The notes beneath the pieces were generated by a model that saw only the letters and a program-made list of their open reading frames with translations, did no database searches and was not told where the DNA came from. The translations under genes were made by a program, and so were the position numbers. A DNA stretch of 63,664 bases, the filler included, from Malassezia furfur (taxonomy: Eukaryota): the NCBI GenBank assembly GCA_052055015.1. It is 19 parts of 19 records of this genome, joined end to end, with 100 filler letters (N's around TTAATTAATTAA, not from the genome) between each part and the next. Parts side by side here need not be neighbours in the genome. Positions count along the whole stretch, not along the records: positions 34,039 to 37,281 come from JBQJIT010000791.1; positions 37,382 to 40,614 come from JBQJIT010000792.1; positions 40,715 to 43,946 come from JBQJIT010000793.1; positions 44,047 to 47,268 come from JBQJIT010000794.1; 15 more parts are not named here. The stretch is one strand, 5' to 3'. Each line of letters starts with the position of its first letter. The stretch's first letter is position 1. Shown piece by piece: positions 34,428-47,368 of this stretch.

Positions 34428-34662
34428 TCATGCATGGACCTTGCCCTCGGGCTTGCCGACGCCCGTCTCTTCCGTGTCCTGTAGATCGTATACCTCCTGG
34501 AAGACCTGGCGCTGTTCCGCGGTGAAGTGGTCCGTGAGGTTCTGGAAGAGGCTCGGGTGCTGTGTCTTGAGCTGGTTCACCACCGTGCGGAACGGCTCGT
34601 AGACCGGCACGGGCTCGAGCGGCGATTCGTAGATGAGGTCGTCGCCGTCGAGATCCGCAAGC

Positions 34663-34695
<33 letters not shown>

Positions 34696-37281
34696 AGGTT
34701 TGCAATCTTGGAGCGGAGCCGCTGCGCCTCTTGGGTGAGGAACTCGAGGTATTCGTTTTCGTCGTCGTGGACGTCGACGTCGTCGTCAAAGTCGCCCGTC
34801 TCCTCGAACTCCTCCTCGACGTCCGAGTCGATCCCCTCGTCAAACTGCTTCTGGTACTCGGCGCGCTCCGCAACGCTCTTGGGCAGCAGCTTGAGCTGCG
34901 ACACGAGCGCTGCAAGCAGGTGCGGGTAGCCGGCCTTGACGGCCTCGGGCACCGCGTTCGGGTCGAGCGACAGGAGGCTGAGCAGCGCAACGATGGTCAC
35001 CTTGCACTCGTGCACCTTGGTGAACTTGGGCAGCTTGTGCAGCGCCTGCGTGAAAAAGCCGGCGGTGGCACCGTGCGCCTCGAGCACCTGGAGCGCGAGC
35101 GTCGGGTTGTAGTAGATGGCCTCGAGGATGAGCAGGATGCACCACTTGCGCAGGTTCGCCGACGACGCCTCGTTCTTTTCGTCGAGCAGCGGCAAGACGG
35201 TGGCGAGGAGCGTCGGCACCGCCTCGTCAACGTAGCCCTTGAGCAGCAGCAGAATCACCTCGCCCAGCTTGCACGCGGCAATGCGGTCGCTCACGCCGAG
35301 CTGGTCGCTGGTCATGGCGGTCTGGAAGATGTCGATGAGCATGTTGCGGTACTCGGCGTTCTGCTGGAGCATCTCGGTGCCGTACGATGCGCAGTTGTCA
35401 AACGTGCCGATCATCTCCGCGAGGTAGTCGATGCCCGCGCCCTTGAACGACTTGTACATCAGCGCAAAGATGTTCCACATCCCCGGCGAAATGCGCTTTT
35501 GGTAGTAGGTGAGCACGTCGGTGAGCTGGAAGCAGTCGTCGTACAGGTCGATCGACTCGCTCTCCAGCGTGTACGCCACAACGGGCAGCACCACGTTCTC
35601 CAGCTCGGCAAGGATCTCGGGCCGCGACTCGGCGGTCGTGACGATCTGGTACATAGTGCTGAGGCAGCCCAGGGCGGCAAAGTACTTGTCCTCCTCGCCC
35701 TGGTCCATCCCAAAGGCGCGCGCACCGTCGCCGTCGTCGTTCGCCTGGCCCGCCGTGCTCTCCTGCACGAGGCGCATGTAGCTGTTGGCCATCTGCTGCA
35801 CAAGCTGCACCGAGAACGGCAAGAGCTCCTCGGCAAAGTGGTTCACCACCTTCTCCTGCGTGGTCATCAGCACGTCCAGATCGGTCTCGTCCGAGAGCTT
35901 GAGCAGCTCCTGCATCAGGCGGCCCGCATTCGGCGCCATGGCACTGTGCACCTCGTCGTGCGCCACCAGCTCGCCCATGGCCGACGCCGCCTGCACACGC
36001 ACGGGCAGCTCGGGGTCCATGATGCAGTCCATCACGCCGCGCAGCGCCATCTCGAGCGACTCGTTCGTGGTCCACTTGAGCCCGGCCTGGTCAAAGGTCT
36101 GCACCGCCGCACACGCGCGCAGACGCAAGAAGGGCTCCGGGCTCTTGAGCGCGGGAAGAACGTGCTGCACAAAGAAGGCGTCGAGCTTGTCCTTGACACC
36201 CTCCTGGCTCACCATCGTGGAGCTGATCGAGATACACATCTTCAGCGCGCCGTCGAACTGGCGCGCCGTCGCCTGCTCGGGGTAGGCGTTCAGCACCGAA
36301 GTGATGAACTGCAGCGTGGGCTCAAACATCGACTTGGTGCGCTTCGCGACCGCGGTCGACAGCAGGTAGCTCGCGGCACTCGACACCGTGCCGACGTCCT
36401 CGTACGGGTCGGCCGACGCGCGCACAAAGTCGACCGGGTCGAGCTCCCACAGCTCCTGGTCCTCGTCCGAGAAGCACAGCCGGGGGTACACGAACGACTC
36501 GATCAGCTGGCGCATGTGCGGACGCAGCTGCATCCAGATCGACTTGGGCTTGACACTGGCGTCAGTTTCCTGTGCTCCACGTACCAGGCCTGGAAAAAGG
36601 TGAGCAGCGAGCGCGTCACGGGCGGGCTGAGCCACTCGTTGCGCGTGACGTTCGCCTCGACGGTGTGCAGGTACGCCTTGAGGATCTCGGGCGCAAAGTT
36701 GGCCAGGAACGTCTCGGCAAACGGCTTGTACGAGCGCATCCCGGGCGACAGCTGCGACGGCGTACCGTACCGGCTAAACAGGCGGTTCAGCGAGAAGAAG
36801 GCCCACTTCTTCGCCTTCCACCACGGCATCCGCGCGCGCTCCTCGGGGTCCTCGGCGAGCGCCGAGCTGTCGATCGGCTTCTGCGCAACACGCAGCATCA
36901 GCGAACCCCACGGCACGATGCTGTCCTGCGACTGCAGGTGCGGCGTCAGGGTAATCACCATGCTCGTCTTGTACGTCTTCAGCGCATAGTACACAATCTC
37001 GCCGACCGCAGGCAGGTCGGCATGCGGCGAGTCGAGCAGCGCCTTGGTCGTCGCCAGGAGCTGGGGGAAGGTGCGTGACACGACCTGCTCGAGCTTCGTG
37101 TCGGAGTCGGCGAACCGGAAGCCACGCACCGTCTCGAGCAGCGCGCGGACGCCGGCATAAATCTCGGCCTCCTGCTGCGACGAGATCAGCTTGAGGATCT
37201 CGTCAAGCAGCGTCGGCCACTGCTCGGGGAAGTCGCAGCGCGCAATCGAGTGGATGGCCGAGGCAATGTGCACACGCAGCG
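34428..37281 (-). CDS. NMD5: Importin-7/8 family karyopherin (Nmd5/Sxm1), 5'-partial
   Basis: DFPEQWP, WWKAKKWA, FSRYG, ELWELDPVDF, FLRLRAC and acidic tail; intron 36556-36584. Confidence 0.85.
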
Positions 37282-37381
37282 NNNNNNNNNNNNNNNNNNN
37301 NNNNNNNNNNNNNNNNNNNNNNNNNTTAATTAATTAANNNNNNNNNNNNNNNNNNNNNNNNNNNNNNNNNNNNNNNNNNNN

Positions 37382-39938
37382 GCCGCTGTCGCCGGCGCCC
37401 GCGGCCGACACGACGCTCGACGCCGAGGAGCTCGACCTGTACGGCGAGACGAGCGCCGCGCCCGTCGTGCGTGCCGCGGCGGGCGAGCGGCAGCGCCTGC
37501 GCACGCTCGACACCGTCGTGGGCCTCGGCGGCGTGAACGGCGTCGCGGTCGGCGACGTGCGCGGCGCGGACGGCGATGTGGCGCCGCGCACCGTTGTGGC
37601 GCTGCACGGCGCGCTCGGCACGCTCGAGCCGCGGCTGCGCACCACGCTGGGCGTCTCGATCGCGCCTGCGCAGCAGGTGTGGAGCGCGGCGCTGGGCGCG
37701 ACGACGCTGGTGCTGGCCGCGTGGGAGGAGCAGTGTGTGGCGTATGCGTACGGCGCTGCGCCGCGCTTCCTTGCGCAGTACGCTGGGCGCACGCTGGCGT
37801 GTGCGGCGGCGCCCGACGGGCGGTGTGCGGTGCGCGTCACGCCGACGCACCTCGCGTACATCGACGCGGCGGGCGCGGCGACCGACGCGGCGCTCGACGG
37901 CGGTGTGCAGCACAAGACGGTGACGGCCGCGTGTTTCGGCGGGGCGTACCTTGCGCTGCACTGGGACGGCGGCGAAGTCGAGGTGCGGCGGTGGGAGGAC
38001 GGGGCCTATGTGCCTGTGTACGTGCCGCTGGCGGCGACCTATGCGTGTGTCGACGTGTACGTCGATGCGCTGGGCGCGCTGGGCGCGTGCGGCCAGGCGT
38101 GGCTCGTGCTGGCCTTTTCGACCGGGAGCGTGGAGCTGCGCACGCTGCCGGACGGCGCGCTGGCGTGGCGCTCGCGCACGGTGGCGGTGCAGCCGTCGCG
38201 CCTAAGCGCGTCGGACGGCGCGCCCGCCGAGCTGGACGTGGACGGGGCGCGTGTCACGCAGGTGCGCCTCGTGACGCTGGGCGACGTGCCGACGCTCGTG
38301 GTGCACTATGCGCACGGCGCGGTGGCCGTGTACGAGGCGTGCCCGCCGGCGCCGCGCAAGATGTGCGATTTGCAGCCCGACGCGGCGCCGGCGTCGCTCG
38401 GGTTCGTGCGCCTGGACGCGCGCATGCTCGGCGCGCCGGCGACCGCGCTGGTGGCGCACACGCTCGGCGGGCATGCGTGCGTCGCGGTGTGTGGCGAGCA
38501 CGCGGTGGTGCTGGTGCGCGGCCGGCACGGCGGCGTGCAGTGGCTCGAGCTGGAGGATGCGCTGGTCGCGCTCGCGCCGCTGCCCGGCGCGGCGTGGGCG
38601 GCGCTGGCGGTGCACGCCGAGACGGCGCGCGTGGTGCATGTGGCGCGCGTGGCGCTCGACGGGGTGGCGGCGTGCACGCGGTGGACGACGGGGCGGACGT
38701 ACACGCACGTCGCCGCGCACGAGGACACGGGGTGCCTGGTGGCGGCCTCGGCGCAGCCTGCGGCGTTTGTGCTGTACAACGACGTGAGCGAGCCGGTGCG
38801 TGACGCGACGCAGGACCCTGCGCCCCCGACGACCACCGAGCGCGGGGCGCTCGAGCTGTTTACGCGGCTTGGCGAGGCGCCCGTGCACGGCTACGAGCTG
38901 GGCGTGAGCGAGGTGGTGACGGCGCTGCACGTCGCGCGCCTCGACACGCGCGACCGGCGCTCGGCGCGGCGCGCGTTTGTCGTGGTGGGCACCACGACGC
39001 AGTACGGCGAGGACCGCATCGCCAAGGGGCACATGTACGTGTTTGACGTCGTGGACGCCACGCCGTACGACCCGGCGGTGCGCGACACGATGCGGCTGGT
39101 GCTCGTGTGCCGCGAGGAGATGCGCGCGCCCGTCACGGCGCTGAGCAGCCTGAACGGCTACCTGGTGGCGGCCGTCGGCCAGAAGCTGCTTGTGCGCTCG
39201 CTCGAGTTTACCGAGTGGCTCGTGACGATCGCCTTCTTGGAGACCGCGTTCGGCATCACGTCGATCCAGCGCGTGAAAAACTTTCTGCTGCTCACCGACT
39301 ACCACCGGAGCGCGTCGTTCGTCGCGTTCCAGGAGGAGCCCGCGCAGCTGCATGTGCTTGGGCGCGACTTTGCGTGCGCGTGCCTGACCGCGGGCGCGCT
39401 GCTCATCCACCGCGAGCAGCTCGCGCTGGTCACGGCGGACGTGGGCGGCGTGGTGCGCCTGCTCGACTACAACCCCGCGAACCCCACGAGCCTGGGCGGG
39501 CAGCGCCTGCTGGTGCGCACCGAGTACCACGTCGGCAGCGAAATCGTCCAGGCGCTCGTGCTGCCCGGCCCGCGCGACGCGGCGTCCGGCGAGTGCTTCT
39601 CGTCCGAGGTGCTGCTGGCCAAGCGCAACGGCGCCATCGACGTGCTGGTCCCCGTGGACGACAAGGTGTTGGGCATCCTGCAGCTCTTCCAGAGCCAGCT
39701 GGTGCGCAGCGTGCGCCACACCGCCGGGCTCAACCCGCGCGCGTTCCGCGCGGTGCCCAACGTGCACGCCGCGCGGCCGCTCACCAAGGGCCTGCTCGAC
39801 GGCACGCTGCTGCACGCCGCCGAGGCGATGTCGCGCCCGAAGCTCGTGCGCCTCGTGCGCGACCTGCAGACGCGCACGGGCGGCGTCGAGCCGGACGACG
39901 TGCTGCGGTGCTTGGCGCACCTCGCGCCGCAGTGGTAG
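37382..39938 (+). CDS. CFT1: CPSF160/Cft1 (CPSF_A domain), 5'-partial
   Basis: GTTTQYGED..AKG, AVGQK, YNPANPTSLGGQRLLVRTEYHVG and AGLNPRAFR. Confidence 0.9.
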
Positions 39939-40024
39939 CCGTGGTGGGCTGCCGGCGCAGCACCGTCGATAGAGGCAAGGCATATATTGTCGGATCTATG
40001 GCAGAACCGTATTTTGAGAAGCGC

Positions 40025-40435
40025 TTACGCGCGCGCACCGCCCGCGGCCTGGGCCGCCGCCGGGTTCGGCTTGCGGTTGTCGCGGTTGAAGCGCAGACGC
40101 GGGGGCGTACGCACACGGCGGCCCTCGCGGGAGCGCACACGCACGACCTTGGCGTGGATCGCGCACGAGACGCAGTACGCCACCTTGATGTAGAGCTTGG
40201 GCAGGACATACTCGTCGTACACGCTGGCCTCGCTCAGGTCGCGGACCGCGGCGGCCTCAACAATGTTGCGCACCGTGAAGCGCTTGATGGCCTTGTCCTT
40301 GGGCACCGCCCGGGCGCAGTTCGTGCAGCGCACAAAGGGGCAGTGGCCGCGGCCGTGCTTGTTGCGTCTGGGGTGTGAGCATGGCGTCCATGGGGCCTAG
40401 ACGACGTACCCTCCATTCCTCCTCTTCTTCGTCAT
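40025..40435 (-). CDS. RPS26: 40S ribosomal protein S26 (eS26)
   Basis: [17 protein letters not shown]...[17 protein letters not shown]...YCVSCAIH; 42-nt intron 40368-40409. Confidence 0.97.
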
Positions 40436-40714
40436 GTTGGCTTGACGGTACAGAAGAACGACGGTGCGTGCGCGCCGGCCTCTTCTATCGCTTGCAGCTG
40501 CAATCCACGTGAACGGAAACGGTCACGTGTATGTAGTTTAACCATGTGGATCCACGTGGGCTCCACCCATCGGCGCGCGCGGCGATCGGGCGGCGTGCGC
40601 CGCAGCGATGGTGTNNNNNNNNNNNNNNNNNNNNNNNNNNNNNNNNNNNNNNNNNNNNTTAATTAATTAANNNNNNNNNNNNNNNNNNNNNNNNNNNNNN
40701 NNNNNNNNNNNNNN

Positions 40715-43148
40715 AGGGCCGCGGCGCGCCGCTCTCGAGTTGCAGTGCACGGAGGTCGTCGGCAATTGACCCCGACGACATCGTTGCGCTTCCCGCTCCG
40801 TAGCGCGCATAGGTGGGCTCGGAGACACGTGGTGATGGGAAGCGGTCCGCTGCGCTGCCGCCCGCGTGGTCCCACGCAAGCGACTGTGCAAGTGCCTGGC
40901 GCTCCGTGCGCCGCGCCGCGAGCAGCGCGTCCGTCCCGCTCCGCAGCCGCTCGGCCTGCTGCGCCAGCTCGGCGTAAAAGTGCGTGGCTTTTTCGAGCAC
41001 GGCGCACACTTCCGAGTACGCGTCAAATGCACGCGCGAGGCGCTGCTCAAACGCCGCACACGCGCGCGTACGTGCCTCGCGCTGCTTGCGGATAGCGGCA
41101 GTGCCCGGGTGCTTCGCGAGCATCGTGAGCCCCGTGCGCACCTCGTCCAGGAGCGCATTCTGCTGCGTGATGCTGTCCACCAGCTGCGCCTGCAGCGGCG
41201 TATACTTGGCCAGTTCCGCAGCGAACACCTTGGGTTCGATGTTCTGGATGCGGCGGTTGAGCAACAGCACACGCGAGATGTCGTCGCCCCGCACGCGCGC
41301 CTTGAGCTCTTGAAGGTGCTCGCTGCGCTGCGGCGGCAGGCGGCGCGTGCGCTCTAGGGCCGTGCGCGTCTTGCGCAGCAGCGCCAGCGCCTCCTCCCGT
41401 GCAGCGCTGTCCGCATCGTCGTCGTCAACATCTACCAGACTCGGCGCGTCCTGCGCGCGCACCGTGTGGGCGGTGCGCTCGAGGGCGCTGCGCACCGCGT
41501 CGGGGCCCTGCTGGAGCAGCTGGACATCGGTGCGCACCGAGTTCCACAGCGACGCCAGGTCCGCGTCGTGCTGCTGTGCTTCGCGCAGCGCGTCGCGGTG
41601 GCTCGTCAGGTCGCGGCGCAGCGTGCGCGCGGCGCTCGCGAGCGGCTCCTGCGTCCAGCGGTGCGCGTATTCGACGCGCATACGTTCGCACGCGCGGTTC
41701 TCCTCGTCGAGGCTTGCAAGCGACTCGTCCAACAGGGCTCCCGCGAACTGTGGCCGCGTGAGCCGCTGCACGTCGCTGTCGATGGATGCGATCGGCCGCC
41801 CAGCAGCGACGATCTGTGCATTGTCAAGGAGCGTCGCAGACGGCTCCGTGGACGCCGAGCGGCCCTCGAGCGCGTCGTACACGGTCAGCGCTTGCGGCAC
41901 ATTCAACGAAGCGAGCGACGCCTGAAGCTCCTCGTTGGCGCTCTCTACGCGCTTGGTCTCGGCGCGCACGAGCTTGGCCTGTTCCTCGGAGTACATGCTG
42001 GCGCTTTCGTGCACGCTGAGGGGCACGAGCGTCGGGAAGATGTCAGCGCCGAGCACGCGCTGCACATCCGGCAATGCAAACGTCTCGCGGATGGGAATGG
42101 CCGTCGCGACGTTGGTCGCGTCGATCGCGGGAAGCATGTCCTCGGCGGGGAGAAGCTCATGGTACACGAGGTCGTTGTCGCGCTCGGCGACGCGGAGCGC
42201 CTCGGCGACCTCGGCGGCATGGGCCTTGATCTCCGCGGCGGCCGCTGCCGCTGCATCGGCCGGCAGCGTCGCGGTAAATACAAGGGACTGGTAGTTGAAC
42301 CAATGCAGGTTGGCGACGATGCGCGCCGCCTCCTTGGCGAGCTGCTCGGCGGCGCGGAAGCGCACAAGTGCGGTTCCGTGTTTGCCCGCAGCATCGTCTG
42401 CGCGGCCCTGGAAGAACTGTGCCTGGGACGCGGCGTACTTGGCCTTGTACTGCGTGACACTGCGCCACATGGGCGGTATGGCACCAAACTTGGTCGTGTC
42501 CTGCCACTCGTCTGCGAGGTTGGCGTAGGTACGTGCGACGTGCGTTGCGAGCTTGGCAATGAGCGCAGGTCCTTTGTGGTCGGCAATGGTCTTTTCCAGG
42601 AAGATTTCGGCGGCCTGGGCCAGGAGGAGTGTTCGGAGCGACTGCACAAACTTGCTGCTCAAATCGCCGCTCGGCGCATGCAGAAAATTGGAGTGGATAT
42701 AGTCGAGGAGCCCAGCGGCTTGGCGGAACGCCGCGTAGCTGCGTTTCACATGGTCGCTCTGTGTGTCGCGCCGGTCGAGCTGCATGCCGACGGCCGAAAT
42801 GCGCGCGGCACAGTTGTAGATGACGCTCGCCTTCTCGTAGGCAAGCGCCTGCTGGGTGACCTCGGTGCCCGTAAAGGCGTCGCGCCACGCAAAGGATACG
42901 CGCAGCTCCGGGAAACGCAGCTCGAGCATCTCGAGCATGTGGAACCAGCTAAAGAGGAGGTCGCGCGCGGTGTCGTCGCTCGCGGCCTTGTCGGTCGCGT
43001 CCTTGCGCGTCTGCTCGACGCGCTCCAAGTCCGCGCGGAATGACTCGGGACGCTGCTCGTACGCGCTGCGTATGAGCACCGCGAGCGGTTTCGCGAGCTC
43101 CACCTCGCGCGTGTCCTTCACCGGCAGCGCTATCAGGGGCGTCTGCAT
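40715..43148 (-). CDS. BRO1: Bro1/ALIX ESCRT-associated protein, 3'-partial
   Basis: FAWRDAF...LAYEKASVIYN, AERDNDLVYHE, PLSVHESASMYSEE and a V domain. Confidence 0.9.
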
Positions 43149-43245
43149 GGTGGCCAATGCGAGCGTGCGCGTGCTATCACGTGCAGCAGGGGTGGCAAGG
43201 CACGCCGCTGCGCACGCCTCCGGCCCCGCTCACGACCACGACGTG

Positions 43246-43946
43246 ATGGGTGCGTCGCACTCCCGCAACGCGCGCGAGCGTGCGCCACCCCCGGCAGAAC
43301 GCTCTAGCCAGCGCCGTACGCGTGAAGAGAGCGAAAGCGCGGACGAAGGCGAAGCGCCCGGCCCGTTTCCACGCCGCCGACGCCTCGGCCTCGGCCGGAG
43401 CTTGGGCCTCCGCCGTGACGAGGACGAGGACGGGGAGCATGCCGCACGTACCTTGGCCCGCAATCTGCGCCGGCGATGGGGTCGCAACAACACGACCCAA
43501 GGCGAACCTGACTCGGACGCCGATGCGGCCCTCGCGGTCGAGCGCCGCATGACGATGCGCATCCTCGAGCATGTCGTGGGCCGAGCCCTTGATACATCGC
43601 CCACGGCACGCGACGGTGGCCTGGGCCCGAACACGCCGGCGTCTGATGCGTCGTCGCCCACCGATACCGCACGCCCAGGCGCAACATCCACGTCGGCGCC
43701 GACGCCGCACCCCGCGATCGACCCCACGAGCCTGCGTGGCACCCTGGGGCCGGACACCGAGCGTGCGCAGCGTGCCGAGCCGCTGAGAAGTGGCGCATCG
43801 CGCCCGACATCGGCCTTTGGCACGCTCCTTTCCGAGGTGCTGGGCGCCGCCCGTGGCGCCCGCCAAGGCACGCAGCCGTCCGCCGCGCTTCCGGGCACAT
43901 CGGTGATTGTACAGGGTGCGCTTGTCGCACGCACCGCGCCCAGCGA
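43246..43946 (+). CDS. Hypothetical protein with an N-myristoylation-like start (MGASHS), N-terminal fragment
   Basis: MGxxxS start; frame open to the contig end. Confidence 0.55.
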
Positions 43947-44144
43947 NNNNNNNNNNNNNNNNNNNNNNNNNNNNNNNNNNNNNNNNNNNNTTAATTAATT
44001 AANNNNNNNNNNNNNNNNNNNNNNNNNNNNNNNNNNNNNNNNNNNNGAGGTGCGACAGAAGACGCCGCCGCGAGCGTGTCTCGAGCGCTGCACCCACGTG
44101 ACTCCATGAAACTGTCTACCAATGCACGTGATATACTACACGTG

Positions 44145-45941
44145 CTACAACGACGCGGTGAGATCGACCACGCCCACGTGCTTGTCGGCCTGCGCGACGG
44201 CGAGACGCTGCACGGCGCGTGGCGCATCGGGCGCGCCCGTGGGCGCCGGCGCGACACTCCACGCGAGGTCGAGCACCGCACCGCCCGCATCGTACTCGTA
44301 CACAATCTGGCCGTCCTGTTGGTGAGCATTTCGTAGACGTACCGCAATCCGTGTGACCAGTACCTTGGCGTCCATGCCGCCCGTCGCCACGTAGCGCGCG
44401 CATGGACTGAAGCACACGGCGTACACGCTCTGCTCGTGCTGCTCAATGATCCGTAGGCATGTGCCGGTGTCCGCGTCCCAGAGTCGCGCGGTGTGGTCAA
44501 AACTGCACGTCGCCAGCATGCGCGGCTGGTCGGCGTGCGCCGACTGCGGGCCGGTGGGGGCCCAGGCAAGCGCGTAGAGCTCTTTGGTGTGGCCCGTGAG
44601 CACGAGCGGCTCGCGCCGCGCCGCTTCGGCGCCCGGCGCACCGACGCCGGGCACCTCGATCGGCCAAATCCGCGCCGTGTGGTCATCTGAGGCGGACGCT
44701 AGCAGCGTCTGTGACGGGTCGATGCGCAGTGCATTCACCTCGTCTGTGTGGCCCGTGAGCGTGACGAGGGGCTTGGGCTCGCCCAACTTGCACACGTGCA
44801 CGCTGTTGTCCGCGCCGCACGTCGCAAACAGTGCGTCGGCCAGCGAGGCATTGGCGTGCGCGACGCGCGGTGCGTCGTGCGGCTGCCCAAACGCGCCCGT
44901 GACCCACTGCACGTCCAGCACATTGTCCGAGTGGAGCGCAAACTGCTGCCGCGTGCGCCCACTGCCGACGTCCCAGACGATCGCCGTGCCGTCGCCGCTG
45001 CCCGTGAGCAGGTAGTTGCCCTGTGCGTTCCAGCGCACGGCATAGATGGGCCCCTGGTGCATCGACATGACGAGGTGCAAGTCGCCCTGCGGCGTCCACA
45101 AGCGCAGAATGCCGTCGTACGAGCTAGATGCAAGCAACGTTCCATCGGCGTTCCACGCGACGGTCGACACATTCTTCGCCTGCGTCGGCGGGAGGTGCTT
45201 GCACACGGCGGGCGCATCGTGCGGAGTGTTCAGGTCCCAGATCCGCACGGTGGCATCGCCCGCGCCCGTCGCGAGCAGGCTCGGCACGGTAGGATTCCAG
45301 TCAGCAACAAACACTTCGGCGGCGTGGCCGCCGAGCAGTGTGAGCTGTGCATCGTGGTCCTGCGCGTGTGCGGCGCTGAGTGTGGGCGTCGTGCTACTGC
45401 GCGAGGCTGTAGGCGTGTGGGTACCGCGCTTGGCCTTTTTGCGTCGCCGTGCGGCGTCTTCCGCATCGTCCACCGGCGTCGGCGTCGGCTCGGATTTGGG
45501 GCGTGGCGGCGACTCGTGCCGCGGCGTCTGTGAGGCCGCGTCCTGCCGCTTGGGTGGCGCGTCCGGCGCGACGGGGGGCGGTGTCAAGCGCGCGGCCGGT
45601 GTCGCGCCCGTTGCGGCGCCATCGGCATGGGCCAACAGAGGGTCCGGGGTAGGGATAGGCACGCCTGCCGCACCGTCCACGGTAGCCGAGGCATCGGCGG
45701 CCGCGCGCTCCTCGACGTGGCGCTCAGCGGTGGCGTAGAGCAGACCGCGCTGCAGGTAGTGCAACAGCTGCCCCGGTTGGACGATGGCCTCGTGGGCGGC
45801 CGGCGTGTCGTCGAGCCGCGCCTCGTAGCGCAGCGCGAAGCATGTATGCAGGAAGCCAGACTCTTTGAGGTAGTGGTAGATGAGCAGGTTTACCTCGCTT
45901 GCCGCGAACTGCGGCTCCTCGGCGCGCTCGGTGGTCGCCAT
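44145..45941 (-). CDS. SIF2: LisH-WD40 protein Sif2/TBL1
   Basis: SEVNLLIYHYLKESGFLHTCF (LisH), LQRGLLY and WD repeats; 27-nt in-frame intron 44316-44342. Confidence 0.9.
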   Translation of the reverse strand: MATTERAEEPQFAASEVNLLIYHYLKESGFLHTCFALRYEARLDDTPAAHEAIVQPGQLLHYLQRGLLYATAERHVEERAAADASATVDGAAGVPIPTPDPLLAHADGAATGATPAARLTPPPVAPDAPPKRQDAASQTPRHESPPRPKSEPTPTPVDDAEDAARRRKKAKRGTHTPTASRSSTTPTLSAAHAQDHDAQLTLLGGHAAEVFVADWNPTVPSLLATGAGDATVRIWDLNTPHDAPAVCKHLPPTQAKNVSTVAWNADGTLLASSSYDGILRLWTPQGDLHLVMSMHQGPIYAVRWNAQGNYLLTGSGDGTAIVWDVGSGRTRQQFALHSDNVLDVQWVTGAFGQPHDAPRVAHANASLADALFATCGADNSVHVCKLGEPKPLVTLTGHTDEVNALRIDPSQTLLASASDDHTARIWPIEVPGVGAPGAEAARREPLVLTGHTKELYALAWAPTGPQSAHADQPRMLATCSFDHTARLWDADTGTCLRIIEQHEQSVYAVCFSPCARYVATGGMDAKVLVTRIAVRLRNAHQQDGQIVYEYDAGGAVLDLAWSVAPAPTGAPDAPRAVQRLAVAQADKHVGVVDLTASL

Positions 45942-46047
45942 GTGCCGCCAGCCTCGCTCGTCGCCGTGGTGGAGAGCGCGCGGCGCGCGGCGCGCGTGGG
46001 GAATTATGCGCGCGGCGCGCGGCGTGGCCCGCCGCGCTCTTCCAGGT

Positions 46048-47138
46048 ATGCCGATGGAGTTGTCGGTGCGTGCCGCGGTCGACCGCGCGCGTGCGCTCCC
46101 GCTCGGGACGCGGATCTTGGTTACGCTCGTGCTTGCGTTCTCGGGCGTGCTGGCCGTGCTGCGCACGTTCGATGTGCTCGGCACGAGCGCCGGCACGCCG
46201 GGCTCGGCGCTGCGCTACCCCTACCTGGTCGCCGTGCCCGGCGCGGTGCCGTGGTACCCGTGGTGCGTGCGCGCTGCCCACTGACGCAGGACGCTGTTGA
46301 CCGCCGCATTTTGCGAGACGTCCATCGCCGAGTTTGTCGTGACGATGGTTACTGTGCCGCTTGCCGCAGACTACCTCGAGCAGCAGTGGGGCGCCGTGGA
46401 GCTGCTGCGTTTCACGGGCATCGTGGTCTTCGTGTCCAACGCGATCGCTGTCGTGCTCTCGGTGCTGCTGTTTGTCGTGTTCCGCAGTGACCTCCCGCTG
46501 TACGTTGCGCGCGGCGCTTACCCAGCTTCGGCACACACTTTCACGGCCTCGAGGCCCTCCAAACGGGCTTCCTCGTGGCGCTTGCGCAGCTCATCCCGCA
46601 CCACGAGGTTCAGCTGCTCGGCTCGCGTTTCCGCATGCACGTCCACGACCTGCCGATGCTCTACGTCGGCCTGTCGAACGTCATGTGCCTGCTCGGCTTC
46701 ACGTCGCCCTTCTTGCTGATCCAGTTTGGCTGGCTCGTGTCGTGGGTGTATTTGCGCTTCTACCAGCCAAACGAGATGGGCACGCGCGGAGACATGAGCG
46801 ACGCGTTTGCCTTTGTGCACTGGTTCCCGCCGTTTGTGCACAAGCCACTCGGCCGCGTGTGCGAGGTGGTGCACGGCGTTGTGGCGCGCGTCGGCCTCGT
46901 GCCGCGGGCCGAGGCACACTACACGGATCTCGAACTGAACGTCGACGATGAGGTGCCCGGCGCAGTGCCCAGTGGGCGCGCCGAGGCCGAGCGCCGCCGC
47001 GCGATGGCGCTCGAGGCACTTGACCAGCGCATGGCCGATGCCAAGGCGCCATTGCCTTCCGCGCCCGAGGCGCCCGCTGGCAGCGGTGCGCCCAGTGGCT
47101 CGCCCGAAGCGCCGAGGAAATCATCGTCGTCTATGTAG
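46048..47138 (+). CDS. TMEM115/DUF1751 rhomboid-like Golgi membrane protein
   Basis: YPW|TLLTAAFCE, YLEQQWG, QLIPHH, GWLVSWVYLRFY, GDMSDAFAF..WFP and EAERRRAMAL; introns 46263-46289 and 46500-46525. Confidence 0.88.
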
Positions 47139-47268
47139 CCGCTACGTAGCGCGCCTCATACCCTGTCGCTGGCTGCGCAACACGAGACGGCGCCGCCTCG
47201 GCAGGGCGGGTATCCGTGCGCACCGCGCGCTCGATGCGCCCCGCCACGACGTCGCGCACGAGGTGCAC
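47131..47268 (-). CDS. Possible C-terminal fragment of an unknown gene
   Basis: GC3-biased frame VHLVRDVVAGRIERAV...YVAAT*; its stop overlaps the TMEM115 3' end. Confidence 0.3.
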   Translation of the reverse strand: MHLVRDVVAGRIERAVRTDTRPAEAAPSRVAQPATGYEARYVAAT

Positions 47269-47368
47269 NNNNNNNNNNNNNNNNNNNNNNNNNNNNNNNN
47301 NNNNNNNNNNNNTTAATTAATTAANNNNNNNNNNNNNNNNNNNNNNNNNNNNNNNNNNNNNNNNNNNN

